A DNA stretch of 17,292 bases, from NCBI GenBank assembly GCA_964014485.1, contig CAXHAT010000167.1, forward strand, positions 1-17,292. The letters run 5' to 3'. Of the stretch, positions 1 through 7,791 are shown piece after piece; within the stretch, counting starts at the first letter, position 1, and every line of letters starts with the position of its first letter. Both the position numbers and the translations under genes were made by a program. The stretch is from an uncultured Deferribacteres bacterium (GTDB taxonomy: Bacteria; Zhuqueibacterota; Zhuqueibacteria; Zhuqueibacterales; Geothermadaptataceae). The notes beneath the pieces are model-generated. The model saw only the letters and a program-made list of their open reading frames with translations. It was not told where the DNA came from and searched no databases.

Positions 1-55
1 GCATAACCAATGAACTAATTGGGAGTTTTTATGAAATTCCAGATTTATACAGATG
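1..55. repeat. Terminal direct repeat (circular-assembly overlap), copy 1
   Basis: gcataaccaa...tacagatg (55 nt) is identical to 17238-17292, implying a circle of 17,237 bp. Confidence 0.97.
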
Positions 56-198
56 TTAGTGGTCAGTATCGTTGGCGCTTACGCGCGAACAATGGTCAGA
101 TTATCGCAACATCGGGTGAAGGGTATGTGAACAAGTTCGACTGTTTGCACGGTATTGAGCTTGTGAAGCAATCTTCATCTGCTATTGTCGAAAGTTAG
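31..198 (+). CDS. YegP/DUF1508 family small protein (55 aa; not in ORF track)
   Basis: Manual translation MKFQIYTDVSGQYRWRLRANNGQIIATSGEGYVNKFDCLHGIELVKQSSSAIVES*, with the typical F-x-I-Y..G-x-YRWRL-x-A-x-NG-x-IIA-x-SGEGY signature; GGGAG RBS at 21-25. Confidence 0.9.
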   Translation: MKFQIYTDVSGQYRWRLRANNGQIIATSGEGYVNKFDCLHGIELVKQSSSAIVES

Positions 199-226
199 AT
201 CTAAAGCATCGACGAATGACAACATT

Positions 227-254
227 GGGGTTTGCAGTGAAATGCAACCCCTTT
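227..254 (+). terminator. Putative intrinsic terminator after the YegP-family gene
   Basis: ggggtttgca-gtgaaa-tgcaacccc hairpin (one bulge) followed by ttt, about 30 nt past the stop. Confidence 0.5.
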
Positions 255-393
255 GCCTTTGCGACATATTCTGACTGCTTCGGTTCTTGTCCCCAATTCT
301 ACCCTCAAATAATTTCTCTGATAGATAATTAGTTTGGAATTATTCTGTTTGTAGAAACAGAATATCTAATGGGCTTCGCCCCTCGCGCGTGAC

Positions 394-499
394 AAGGCAT
401 CCCAACGCCTTCCTGAAGGAATTCCTTCGTTGGGAGCCCTCCTTGCACTTGCTACCCCCATCCTTCGCCAGAAAGGCAGGGATTGAAAGGTCTTTTCAA
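394..499. repeat. Diverged ~107-bp direct repeat, copy A (highly structured)
   Basis: Aligns colinearly with 15719-15826 (shared blocks aaggcat, cctgaaggaat, ctccttgc, ctacc, ccttcgccag, cttttcaa); contains stems tcccaacg/cgttggga and gaaggaattccttc. Confidence 0.75.
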
Positions 500-506
500 T
501 CCTTTA

Positions 507-806
507 TCAGATGTGTTTTTCAGGAAGCATTTTTGTATGGAGAATGCGGACAATGAAAATATCGTTCTTTCTTTGCCGATAGTACACTACATGGCTAATA
601 TACCTATAAAAAAGGTAAGTTCTGTTTGTGGTGCCATGTGTAAAATTACGGCCACGTTCGGGATTATCCGCAAGCATGTTCAGGGTTTTCTCGAGACCTT
701 CCATGTATTTGTCGGTCTGTATTTCTCCAAAATCCGCCATACTCCTTTTTGTAATCGCCCTGATGTCTCGATCAGCCCGTTTTGATTTTGTATAGCTACC
801 CGGCAT
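507..806 (-). CDS. parE: Type II toxin, ParE/RelE family
   Basis: 99 aa, A-x-x-D-I..FG..Q..Y..L..LADNP..GR...SHVVYYR...I.IVRILH..M pattern; overlaps the upstream antitoxin. Confidence 0.88.
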   Translation of the reverse strand: MPGSYTKSKRADRDIRAITKRSMADFGEIQTDKYMEGLEKTLNMLADNPERGRNFTHGTTNRTYLFYRYISHVVYYRQRKNDIFIVRILHTKMLPEKHI

Positions 807-1041
807 AAAAATCGGCTTTGGCTTTCTCTACGATTGAGCCGAATGGCTGTGTGCTTTCTCCGCTGTTTTCCCCTTCCGTCAGTGCTCTGTGTAGCGCTTC
901 AGCCTTTGCCTCTTCTTGCTCCAGAAGCCGTAACGCCGCGCGGACGGCTTCGCTTACCGAACCATAGCGCCCACTTTCTGTGAGTTGCCCCAGAAAACCC
1001 GTAAAGTGATCGCCTAAATTAATGCTGGTTGTATTGCTCAT
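796..1041 (-). CDS. parD: Type II antitoxin, ParD family (ribbon-helix-helix)
   Basis: TSINLGDHF...SGRYGSVSEAVRAALRLLE...L..GENSG is the classic ParD (CC2985-like) pattern; directly upstream of parE. Confidence 0.92.
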   Translation of the reverse strand: MSNTTSINLGDHFTGFLGQLTESGRYGSVSEAVRAALRLLEQEEAKAEALHRALTEGENSGESTQPFGSIVEKAKADFYAG

Positions 1042-1243
1042 GGCAGATACCTTTTGTTGTCTCTTTTATTATCCCTGTTTAAGATTACTATATTTTAGTA
1101 ATTAAGCAAGCGATAAAATCAAGGTGTTCATGGAGTGAAGAAGGAAAATCTGTTTATAGATTCCGCTCGCGCTGTGGCAGGAATTGCTGGGGTATATCTG
1201 GATATAAATATAGCTGATAGTTTTTGAAGTTTTTCTTGTGCTC

Positions 1244-1549
1244 TTACGTGAATTTTATCCCGCCTTTTTCGATCACCAGACGTTTAAGCTCTTCGTTGGA
1301 TTTGAGAGTCTCCATGATTTCTTCATAGTGTTCTATGCGCAGATCGGTGCGTCTGAGCGCTTTTCGTAACTTGGTTTCACCTTCTGCCAAGTATTTGAGC
1401 TGGCCGTCAGCGTCTGCCTTTTTGAACGCTTCTATTCCACCCCGAGAGTCATTCTTTTTTTCGCAGTTATCGTTTATAGGGTCAGAATCTTTTGTCAGGG
1501 TTTTAGAAAAATCATTCAAATCAATCATGGATGCAGTATAGCAGAACAC
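1244..1549 (-). CDS. Hypothetical protein (start may be 1528)
   Basis: 101-aa charged, helical-looking ORF co-oriented 18 nt downstream of 1568-1921; no motif recognised. Confidence 0.55.
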   Translation of the reverse strand: MFCYTASMIDLNDFSKTLTKDSDPINDNCEKKNDSRGGIEAFKKADADGQLKYLAEGETKLRKALRRTDLRIEHYEEIMETLKSNEELKRLVIEKGGIKFT

Positions 1550-1567
1550 TCATAGATAATCAAACGG

Positions 1568-1921
1568 TTAGCGGTCGTCTCGTTCCTTGTCCTGCTCTTT
1601 TTGTTGCGATGGTTCCTGTTCAGGTGCCTTTTCTCCATACTTGTTGATGACTGATTCCTCTTTGCCCAGTTGGTTTTCGATTTCCTGCTCTTTTTCAGGA
1701 CTAAGGGTGTCTTCCGCTTCTACTTCATTCTTTTCGAACGTGTCGCGAATATCATTCAGGTTGTCCCGTATGCTGTCGTCTTTTTCTGGGTCGGTTTTGG
1801 GTGGTTTGATTTCCGCATGTTCGATTTGGCGTTGGGTTTCCTTGTCGACATTTTCTGGCTGGCCGTACTTCTGAAGAACTTCTCTTGCGCGGTTAATCGC
1901 CTGGTCTTTGTCGGCTGACAT
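1568..1921 (-). CDS. Hypothetical acidic, hydrophilic protein
   Basis: 117 aa, ATG with upstream GAGGCAGG; E/K/D/Q-rich; ends QKEQDKERDDR. Confidence 0.7.
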   Translation of the reverse strand: MSADKDQAINRAREVLQKYGQPENVDKETQRQIEHAEIKPPKTDPEKDDSIRDNLNDIRDTFEKNEVEAEDTLSPEKEQEIENQLGKEESVINKYGEKAPEQEPSQQKEQDKERDDR

Positions 1922-2045
1922 GATGAACCTGCCTCGTTGAGATGATTTGTGAAATGCCTATCTTTCGTGGAAAATCAGATGGAAAGTACGGATTATTTGC
2001 TTGGAAAACCAAGATGAATTGTTTGGGGAGTAGCGCTCGATGTTT

Positions 2046-2079
2046 TGGCTATATTTATAGCCAGCTATAAATATAGCCA
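2046..2079. promoter_or_regulatory. Perfect 16-bp inverted repeat; candidate centromere (parS-like) or operator site
   Basis: tggctatatttatagc-ca-gctataaatatagcca upstream of parA; related motifs at ~1198-1215, 2207-2241 and 3145-3181. Confidence 0.6.
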
Positions 2080-2206
2080 GATGGTGTTGTGTTGTTTCCG
2101 GTGAATCGTACACCTGGATTTTCCGGAGCTTGCCTATTCCGGTTGCCCGTGATTCGAGATCATGATTTGGTGGGTATTATTGAGTTGACTTGCGGGAGAT
2201 TTTTCC

Positions 2207-2241
2207 AGATATATTTAGTTCTGGATATAAAGCTATCTAAG
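2207..2241. promoter_or_regulatory. Candidate partition-protein operator upstream of parA
   Basis: agatatatttagttctggatataaagctatctaag is a near-copy of 3147-3181. Confidence 0.55.
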
Positions 2242-2257
2242 AATAAGGATTTAATTT

Positions 2258-2899
2258 ATGGCTACGAAAATTGGTGTTGTGAGTCAAAAAGGCGGGGTGG
2301 GGAAGAGCACCGTTTCCAGGTTGCTGGCGGTGGAGTTTGCAAGAAATGAGTGGGACGTGCTTATTGCCGATACGGACACCGTACAGGCGACCAGCTCGCG
2401 CTGGAATGATCGGAGACTAAAAAATGATATTAAGCCGGTCGTTGATGTCGCAACGTTTAATTCTGTGGAGCGTGCTCTTAAGAACGAGAATAACTACGAC
2501 CTGGTTATCTTTGACGGATCGCCTCACGCCACCTCGATGACGCTGTCCATAGCAAGAATCGCTGACCTGGTTATTATCCCTACCGGCGTTACGGTAGATG
2601 ATTTGCAACCGTCTGTGATTCTGGCGAACGAACTGAAAAGACAGGGGGTCGACAGAAACAAGATCATGTTTGTGTTTAATCGCGTCGCGTTGTCGCAAGC
2701 AGAGTTGCGTGAAGCCTATGAGCTGATTGAGAACTCGTTTTATGCCTGTCTTGGAGATATACCAGAGAAGACCGGTTATCACCGCGCGCTCGATGCAGGC
2801 ATGAGCCTGACAGAAACTGGCTACCCATCTTTGAACGAAAGGGCGGATGCGGTCGTGGCAAAAGTGGCGGATAGATTGTCTTTAGCAGAAGCGGCATAA
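2258..2899 (+). CDS. parA: ParA-family Walker-type partition ATPase (short, type Ib)
   Basis: Deviant Walker A QKGGVGKST, A' LIADTD.Q, Walker B VIFDGSP, ADLVIIP; 213 aa with no N-terminal HTH. Confidence 0.95.
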   Translation: MATKIGVVSQKGGVGKSTVSRLLAVEFARNEWDVLIADTDTVQATSSRWNDRRLKNDIKPVVDVATFNSVERALKNENNYDLVIFDGSPHATSMTLSIARIADLVIIPTGVTVDDLQPSVILANELKRQGVDRNKIMFVFNRVALSQAELREAYELIENSFYACLGDIPEKTGYHRALDAGMSLTETGYPSLNERADAVVAKVADRLSLAEAA

Positions 2900-2914
2900 G
2901 GGAGAAAAGGGATT

Positions 2915-3148
2915 ATGGCGAAAATACGAAAGGCGACTAAAGCAGAGATTATCGATAGCCAGGAAACGTCACCACGTTACGAGCGGCGCTTGCAACAGCC
3001 GTCGCATGATCAAACCGTACAGATATTGTTTAAGGTTCCAGAATCCTTTAAGGATGAGTTCACGCGGTATGCTTTTGATAGGAAAATGAAATATAAAGAC
3101 TTATTGATGGCCGCGTTTGAGTATTACAGGCAACATCACAGGGATTAG
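2915..3148 (+). CDS. Putative ParG-like ribbon-helix-helix centromere-binding protein
   Basis: 77 aa immediately after parA; flexible N-terminus then VQILFKVPESFKDEF..YA....M.YKDLL..AFE.Y (strand-helix-helix). Confidence 0.75.
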   Translation: MAKIRKATKAEIIDSQETSPRYERRLQQPSHDQTVQILFKVPESFKDEFTRYAFDRKMKYKDLLMAAFEYYRQHHRD

Positions 3149-3181
3149 ATATAAATAGTTCTGGATATATTTATATCTAAG
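3145..3181. promoter_or_regulatory. 13-bp inverted repeat or operator directly upstream of rep
   Basis: ttagatataaata-(10 nt)-tatttatatctaa; near-copy of 2207-2241. Confidence 0.6.
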
Positions 3182-3187
3182 TAGTTT

Positions 3188-4264
3188 ATGCCCAGGAAAA
3201 AGAAAGAGAAAAGAGAACTTTCAGAGTTCGATATTTCCAAGCCGGAGCAGTTGCTTCTGTTTGAGCTAAAGGACTATCCGGCAGAGCGCCAGCTTTCCAA
3301 TTCCATCGCATTCTATGATGCGATTCCCAAATATGTCTGGGGGAAATCCAATCGCCAGGCCGGGAAGTTCCTGGACAGCATAGAACGGGACTTCGAAGTC
3401 AGCGGCGAGAAATACTCGGTGACGATCAGGCCTGCTCGAGTACCGGATACCGATGGCGTGGAAAAAGACTACTTCCCCGGTGCCAGGGAAGAGTTTGTGG
3501 AAGACGCGTTGCGCCGCATTACCTGCGAAGGAAGCGGTCTCTTTATGGATGCAGAGATGGGGTCCCTGTTTACGCTCTATCAGATTCGCGAAGAATTGAA
3601 GCGCACAGGGCACACTTACAGTATTGTAGAGATTAGGCAGGCGCTCGAGATTTGCGCAGGGACGCAATTGAAAATTACTCGTACAGACGAAAGTGAAGAC
3701 GAATATACTCTGGCATTTCCGCTGTTTGAAACCCTGGTTCTCCACAGTAAGAAAGAACATCAGAAGCGGGGCAGGGCGGATGCTAAGGGTTTTGTACGGT
3801 TCAACCCGCTCGTAACCAAGAGCATCATGAAAAAGACCTTCCGCCTCTATCATTATGAAAAGGCAATGCAGTTGGGCCATAACACACTGGCTCGACACCT
3901 TCTTAAACGGCTATGCCGTGCTTATACTTTTGCTGCTGAGAGCAAGCCCTACAGCTTATTTTTAACGACGCTTTTTCGTGATTCGGGGATGGCGTTTACA
4001 AATATTCGCGATATGCGGCAGAAAGCAGATAAGGCGTTGAAAGTATTGGTAGAGCAGGAAGTATTGTCGCGTTACGAAGCTGAAGCGAAAAAGGAAGGCC
4101 GCAAGAATATAGACTGGCGGCTGATCTTGTATCCTCACAAAAAATTTGTGTCACTATCCATTTATGCCAACAAGCGCCAGAATGAAGTACGGGCCGATTT
4201 AATACAGCAGGAACGTGAAGCATTGATTCGCCGCACGAAACAGCAATTAGGCGCAGGTTCGTAA
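3188..4264 (+). CDS. Plasmid replication initiator protein
   Basis: 358 aa with LSNSIAFYDAIPKY, YFPGAREEFVEDALR, FTLYQIREELKRTGHTYS and VRFNPLVT, motifs I associate with plasmid initiators; iterons and DnaA boxes follow directly. Confidence 0.85.
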   Translation: MPRKKKEKRELSEFDISKPEQLLLFELKDYPAERQLSNSIAFYDAIPKYVWGKSNRQAGKFLDSIERDFEVSGEKYSVTIRPARVPDTDGVEKDYFPGAREEFVEDALRRITCEGSGLFMDAEMGSLFTLYQIREELKRTGHTYSIVEIRQALEICAGTQLKITRTDESEDEYTLAFPLFETLVLHSKKEHQKRGRADAKGFVRFNPLVTKSIMKKTFRLYHYEKAMQLGHNTLARHLLKRLCRAYTFAAESKPYSLFLTTLFRDSGMAFTNIRDMRQKADKALKVLVEQEVLSRYEAEAKKEGRKNIDWRLILYPHKKFVSLSIYANKRQNEVRADLIQQEREALIRRTKQQLGAGS

Positions 4265-4274
4265 AGATTTGTTC

Positions 4275-4682
4275 TGTGGATAACTATCAAGAAGTTCGCC
4301 CTTGCATGCTTCTCAATATGAAGGTCTGAGCTACACTTTGCGCTTCAATATGAAGGTTTGGGGTACACTTCAGCTTTTAATATGAAGGTTTGAGCTACAC
4401 TTTGTGCTTTAATATGAAGGTCTGAACTACACATCGGCCTTTAATATGGAGTCCTGAGCTACACTTTGCGTTTCAATATGAAGGTCTGAACTACACTTTC
4501 GCTTTAATATGAAGGTTTGAGCTACAGTAATATGAAGGTCTGAACTACACTTCTTTCGAATCGAATCATTGTTTTTCAACAGCTTAAGTGGGTTTTCCAC
4601 AGAACTAATCTTTTCTTTAACCTCTTTTATCCTTATAAAATATAGGTAGTAGTATAATGTCTCATGGCCGGTCTGTGGATAA
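4275..4682. other. Replication origin (oriV): DnaA boxes, iterons and AT-rich tract
   Basis: Perfect DnaA boxes tgtggataa at 4275-4283 and 4674-4682, ttttccaca at 4593-4601, iterons at 4315-4552, AT-rich stretch at ~4602-4660. Confidence 0.85.
4315..4552 (+). repeat. Eight iterons, consensus AATATGAAGGTYTGARCTACACTT
   Basis: Copies start at 4315, 4347, 4379, 4411, 4443, 4475, 4506 and 4529 (spacing 32 five times, then 31 and 23). Confidence 0.93.
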
Positions 4683-4688
4683 GTCAGC

Positions 4689-5669
4689 ATGAAACAGGAA
4701 GAAAAAGACAGATTGCGTGCCGCTTTACCTATTACGGAGTTAATCACTTATCTCGGTGCCAGGCCTGGCTCAGGAGATGCCTGGCACTGCTTCAGGCATG
4801 AAGATAAAAAACCGTCTCTGGTTGCAAACAATCAAAGACAGGTTGTTACCTGTTTCAGTCCGGAATGCGACCTCAGAAACAAAAGAACCGGCAAAGACGG
4901 CCTCGATATCTTTGAAATCATCAAAGTCGTCGATAACTGTAATTTCATGCAGGCAGTTGACCGCGTAAGAGGGTTAGTCTCTGATCCAGCCCAACTACTC
5001 ACACAAAAACAAACCCCATTCCTTTCAAAAAAGAAAAGGCGCGTTCCGGAGACATCTCAGGATTTAGAGCATATTCCAGAGCTTACCGATTTACAGGAAA
5101 AGCATAGAGCTTTTTTAAAAAAGCGGTACGGGGAGCAGTGGCGATGGCTTGCCGATCGGTATGGGATAAAGGGTTGGCATTATCATGTTGCCATTCCGAT
5201 TACAAAAGATAGCGTAGCGTTTATCCCGCTCGACAAGGAAAAAGATCAGGTTTTTTACCGGGGTAAAAATCGAACAGCGCAACTATTTCCGAATCGTCCG
5301 GAAGAACATGCCAAAGCAAGCAGTGTTCTGGTAGTGGAAGGGGAGAAGGATGTGCTTGCGGCCGAGCTTGCGCTTCACGCGCAGGGAAAGCTTGGAGAAT
5401 GGGCTGTAATTACCAACACGAACGGGGCTGGCAACGTAAAGCGAGATACGCCGTTATTTTTCAACTTTGATCCGGCAAGCGTGAAAAAAGTCGTCATTTG
5501 TTATGACAATGATCCCGCCGGTGAACGTGCTAACAGCGCCGTATATGAAAACGCCAGAGAATTTTTTTCGTCCAGCGCTCGCATATCGATTAAAAGGTTT
5601 AAAAATAAGCCCACCGGATACGATATTGGGGATTATTTGAAGGAGAAACAAAGCGCTCTTGCGATGTAG
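4689..5669 (+). CDS. DNA primase-like protein (CHC2-type Zn finger + TOPRIM)
   Basis: N-terminal C-x2-H (CFRHEDKKPSL)...CFSPEC Zn ribbon; TOPRIM VLVVEGEKD and ICYDNDPAG; C-terminal GYDIGDY. Confidence 0.88.
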   Translation: MKQEEKDRLRAALPITELITYLGARPGSGDAWHCFRHEDKKPSLVANNQRQVVTCFSPECDLRNKRTGKDGLDIFEIIKVVDNCNFMQAVDRVRGLVSDPAQLLTQKQTPFLSKKKRRVPETSQDLEHIPELTDLQEKHRAFLKKRYGEQWRWLADRYGIKGWHYHVAIPITKDSVAFIPLDKEKDQVFYRGKNRTAQLFPNRPEEHAKASSVLVVEGEKDVLAAELALHAQGKLGEWAVITNTNGAGNVKRDTPLFFNFDPASVKKVVICYDNDPAGERANSAVYENAREFFSSSARISIKRFKNKPTGYDIGDYLKEKQSALAM

Positions 5670-5746
5670 CGCCCACAGTCTTCTTGTAATGTTGTAATTT
5701 TAAAGATTGATTTTATAGTAAATTTACTATATTCTGGAGTGGTCAG

Positions 5747-6112
5747 TTGGTAGATTTTGATACACCTATTATTCGCCCGATCATCTGGCTGGGAAATTCT
5801 AAAAGAAACATTCAAAAGTTTCCTGAAGAAGCCCAAAAAGCGATGGGTTCTGAGCTTCAAACGATACAGTTTGGCGGTATGCCGAAAAATGCAAAACCAT
5901 TCAAAGGCGTTGGCTCTGGTGTCATTGAGATTGCTATCAAGTTTGACAAAGAAGCCTATCGGACAGTATTTGCGGTACAATTTGGAGATAAAATTTACAT
6001 GCTACATGCCTTCCAGAAAAAATCTAAGAAAGGCATTAAAACGCCGAAACAGGACATAGACCTGATAAAACAACGCTTAAAGGAAGCACAGGAGTTGGAG
6101 AAAAATGGCTAA
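5747..6112 (+). CDS. Type II toxin, RelE/HigB-like (Gp49/DUF891 type)
   Basis: WLGNSK..I..FP......G..L..IQ.G..P...KP.KG.GSGV.EI......YR.V.AV.F...IY.LHAFQKKSKKGIKTP..DIDLIKQRL; toxin-first order. Confidence 0.9.
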   Translation: MVDFDTPIIRPIIWLGNSKRNIQKFPEEAQKAMGSELQTIQFGGMPKNAKPFKGVGSGVIEIAIKFDKEAYRTVFAVQFGDKIYMLHAFQKKSKKGIKTPKQDIDLIKQRLKEAQELEKNG

Positions 6113-6437
6113 CCAAACACAAATCGAATTTGAAGAAGGTTCCGGCAATGTCTTTGCTGATCTTGGCTTAGAAGATGCAGACGAACTATTTGCACGGGCG
6201 CAAATAGGATTCCACGTCTTTAAGCTTATAGAAAATAAAGGGTTGAAACAAAGAGAAGCCGCTGAACTGCTTGGCATTGCGCAACCGGACGTATCGCATT
6301 TGATGAACGGGCGTTTTGACCGTTTCACCACTGATAAGTTACTCAGTTTCTTGAGACGTTTGGAGTATAAAGTCAGCATCCGGATCAGCCCACACCAACA
6401 GGGCGAACCTTTTCAACACGTGGCTTTCGGAGCTTAA
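6105..6437 (+). CDS. XRE-family HTH antitoxin (HigA-like)
   Basis: GSGNVFADLGL.DA.EL...GLKQREAAELLGIAQPDVS.L..GR...F..DKL; overlaps the toxin stop. Confidence 0.9.
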   Translation: MANQTQIEFEEGSGNVFADLGLEDADELFARAQIGFHVFKLIENKGLKQREAAELLGIAQPDVSHLMNGRFDRFTTDKLLSFLRRLEYKVSIRISPHQQGEPFQHVAFGA

Positions 6438-6442
6438 GTATT

Positions 6443-6781
6443 ATGAAGGTTAAAGGAAAAAAACGTGAGTATCGGACATTTGATGAAGTGACGGAAGAAT
6501 ATTACCGCGATCACTTGGACGAGATCGATAGCTTTCTTGTGACGGCTTTTGAAGAATACGCGAAAGCCGGTTGCACCCCCGCATTGCTTTTTTCTTCGTT
6601 ACGCATGATTGCTCGCATTAAAGGGGTTTCTGCCTTAGCTGACCAAAGCGATATAACACGCAATGGCATACAAAAAGCCCTTTCAGAAAAGGCAAAACCG
6701 CGATTTGATACAATTAATGCGATAGTTCAGGCGATGGGGTATGGTATTACTTTGCGAAAAATGGACCTTCCTGCCGGATGA
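6443..6781 (+). CDS. Addiction-module antidote-type HTH protein (orphan)
   Basis: LR.IAR.KGVS.LA....ITR..I.KALS....PRFDTI.AIV.AMG matches HI1420-like antidote proteins; no cognate killer gene upstream. Confidence 0.8.
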   Translation: MKVKGKKREYRTFDEVTEEYYRDHLDEIDSFLVTAFEEYAKAGCTPALLFSSLRMIARIKGVSALADQSDITRNGIQKALSEKAKPRFDTINAIVQAMGYGITLRKMDLPAG

Positions 6782-6858
6782 CCTTTCTGGAAAAGAAGAA
6801 TGCCAGTTCCGCACACCCCATGCAGCATGGAAAAATGGCGAAACGTTTCCCCAAAACA

Positions 6859-6894
6859 GGAAAAACCCCGCGACAAATGTCGTGGGGCTTTTCC
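6859..6894. terminator. Bidirectional intrinsic terminator
   Basis: aaaaa-ccccgcgaca-aa-tgtcgtgggg-ctttt, lying between convergent genes. Confidence 0.75.
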
Positions 6895-6906
6895 GAACCG
6901 GCGGTG

Positions 6907-7331
6907 TTACTTTTTCAGTCTGTAAAGATATAACGCTTTCGGTTGATCGATACCAACATACGCACGGATATCCGAATTGTAGAGTAGAAATCCGGGATAT
7001 CCCCTGGGGAGAGGGTCGACGAAAACTGCAAGGATGCCGTCGTCACGTTTTAACCAGTATTCTCTCCGATCCTCGTCGCGATTCCATTTTTTTCCGTTTC
7101 TTTCGACAAGGTCGATATGAAGACGACTGTCTTTTTTCGAAACGATCCAAACGTCCTTTCCGTTCTCGCTGACAAGAAAATGTACAGGAGTCTTTCTTTC
7201 CACCGGGATTCTTTCGATCACTTTTTTGTTGGCCAAGGTGATGAGAGAGTACGGTTGCGCCGTTGCGCCGTTGCGCCGGTTGCGGCCATCATTACAACGG
7301 CCATAATCAGAAATAATTTCACGCGCCTCAT
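6907..7331 (-). pseudogene. Secreted protein gene frameshifted at an 8-bp tandem repeat
   Basis: GGAGG RBS and ATG at 7331 give signal peptide MRRVKLFLIMAVVMMAATGATA; (GTTGCGCC)x3 at 7254-7277; removing one unit fuses it in frame to ORF 6907-7236 (138 aa). Confidence 0.8.
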
Positions 7332-7548
7332 AGTTAACCTCCTTATGGTTTTTTCCAAAGCGCCATAGTTCGCTGTCTCAAACTGCCGGAAACATACGCG
7401 AATGCGTAGAATCCAGTAGCGAGTCAAGCAAACGACAATTAACCTTTTGATTGTACCGGAGAGAGAGAGAAGGAGAGATGTCAGCCACGCGAATATTTGA
7501 TGACAGTTCTGTGACAGGTGTGGAGTTGGGAATTAGGGAGTTTTTCGG

Positions 7549-7791
7549 TTATGTGGCTATTTTGATTGGGCTGTCGATAAAAAAGTCATTGCTGGAAGGG
7601 GAAGGCATGAGTTCGCCGGTTGCGGCCTGCAATGACCAGCGTCTTTGATATAAATTCAGTGCCTGTATAGTAGGCACGAAATCCCTTTTCTTTTTTGAAA
7701 GGAATTGGCCGCCTACGGCGGCCTCGATTTTAATTTTGGCGTTAAGGGGGTATACTTGCGCGTAGACCGCTATTTTCTTTTTAAAAGTCAT
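7549..7791 (-). CDS. Hypothetical protein (doubtful)
   Basis: 80 aa, ATGA overlap with the upstream ORF; no motif. Confidence 0.35.
   Translation of the reverse strand: MTFKKKIAVYAQVYPLNAKIKIEAAVGGQFLSKKKRDFVPTIQALNLYQRRWSLQAATGELMPSPSSNDFFIDSPIKIAT

Noticed and set aside
1..55. Biological terminal repeat or att site
   Set aside because: An exact 55-nt overlap cutting through a gene is what a k=55 circular assembly produces
4315..4552. CRISPR-like array
   Set aside because: Intervening segments are 8 bp or shorter and similar to each other, there are no cas genes, and the position after rep between DnaA boxes indicates iterons
4427..4747. 106-aa minus-strand ORF with internal repeats
   Set aside because: It is a translation of the iterons and origin
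7218..7427. Stand-alone 69-aa ORF
   Set aside because: Better explained as the 5' part (from 7331) of the frameshifted secreted-protein gene
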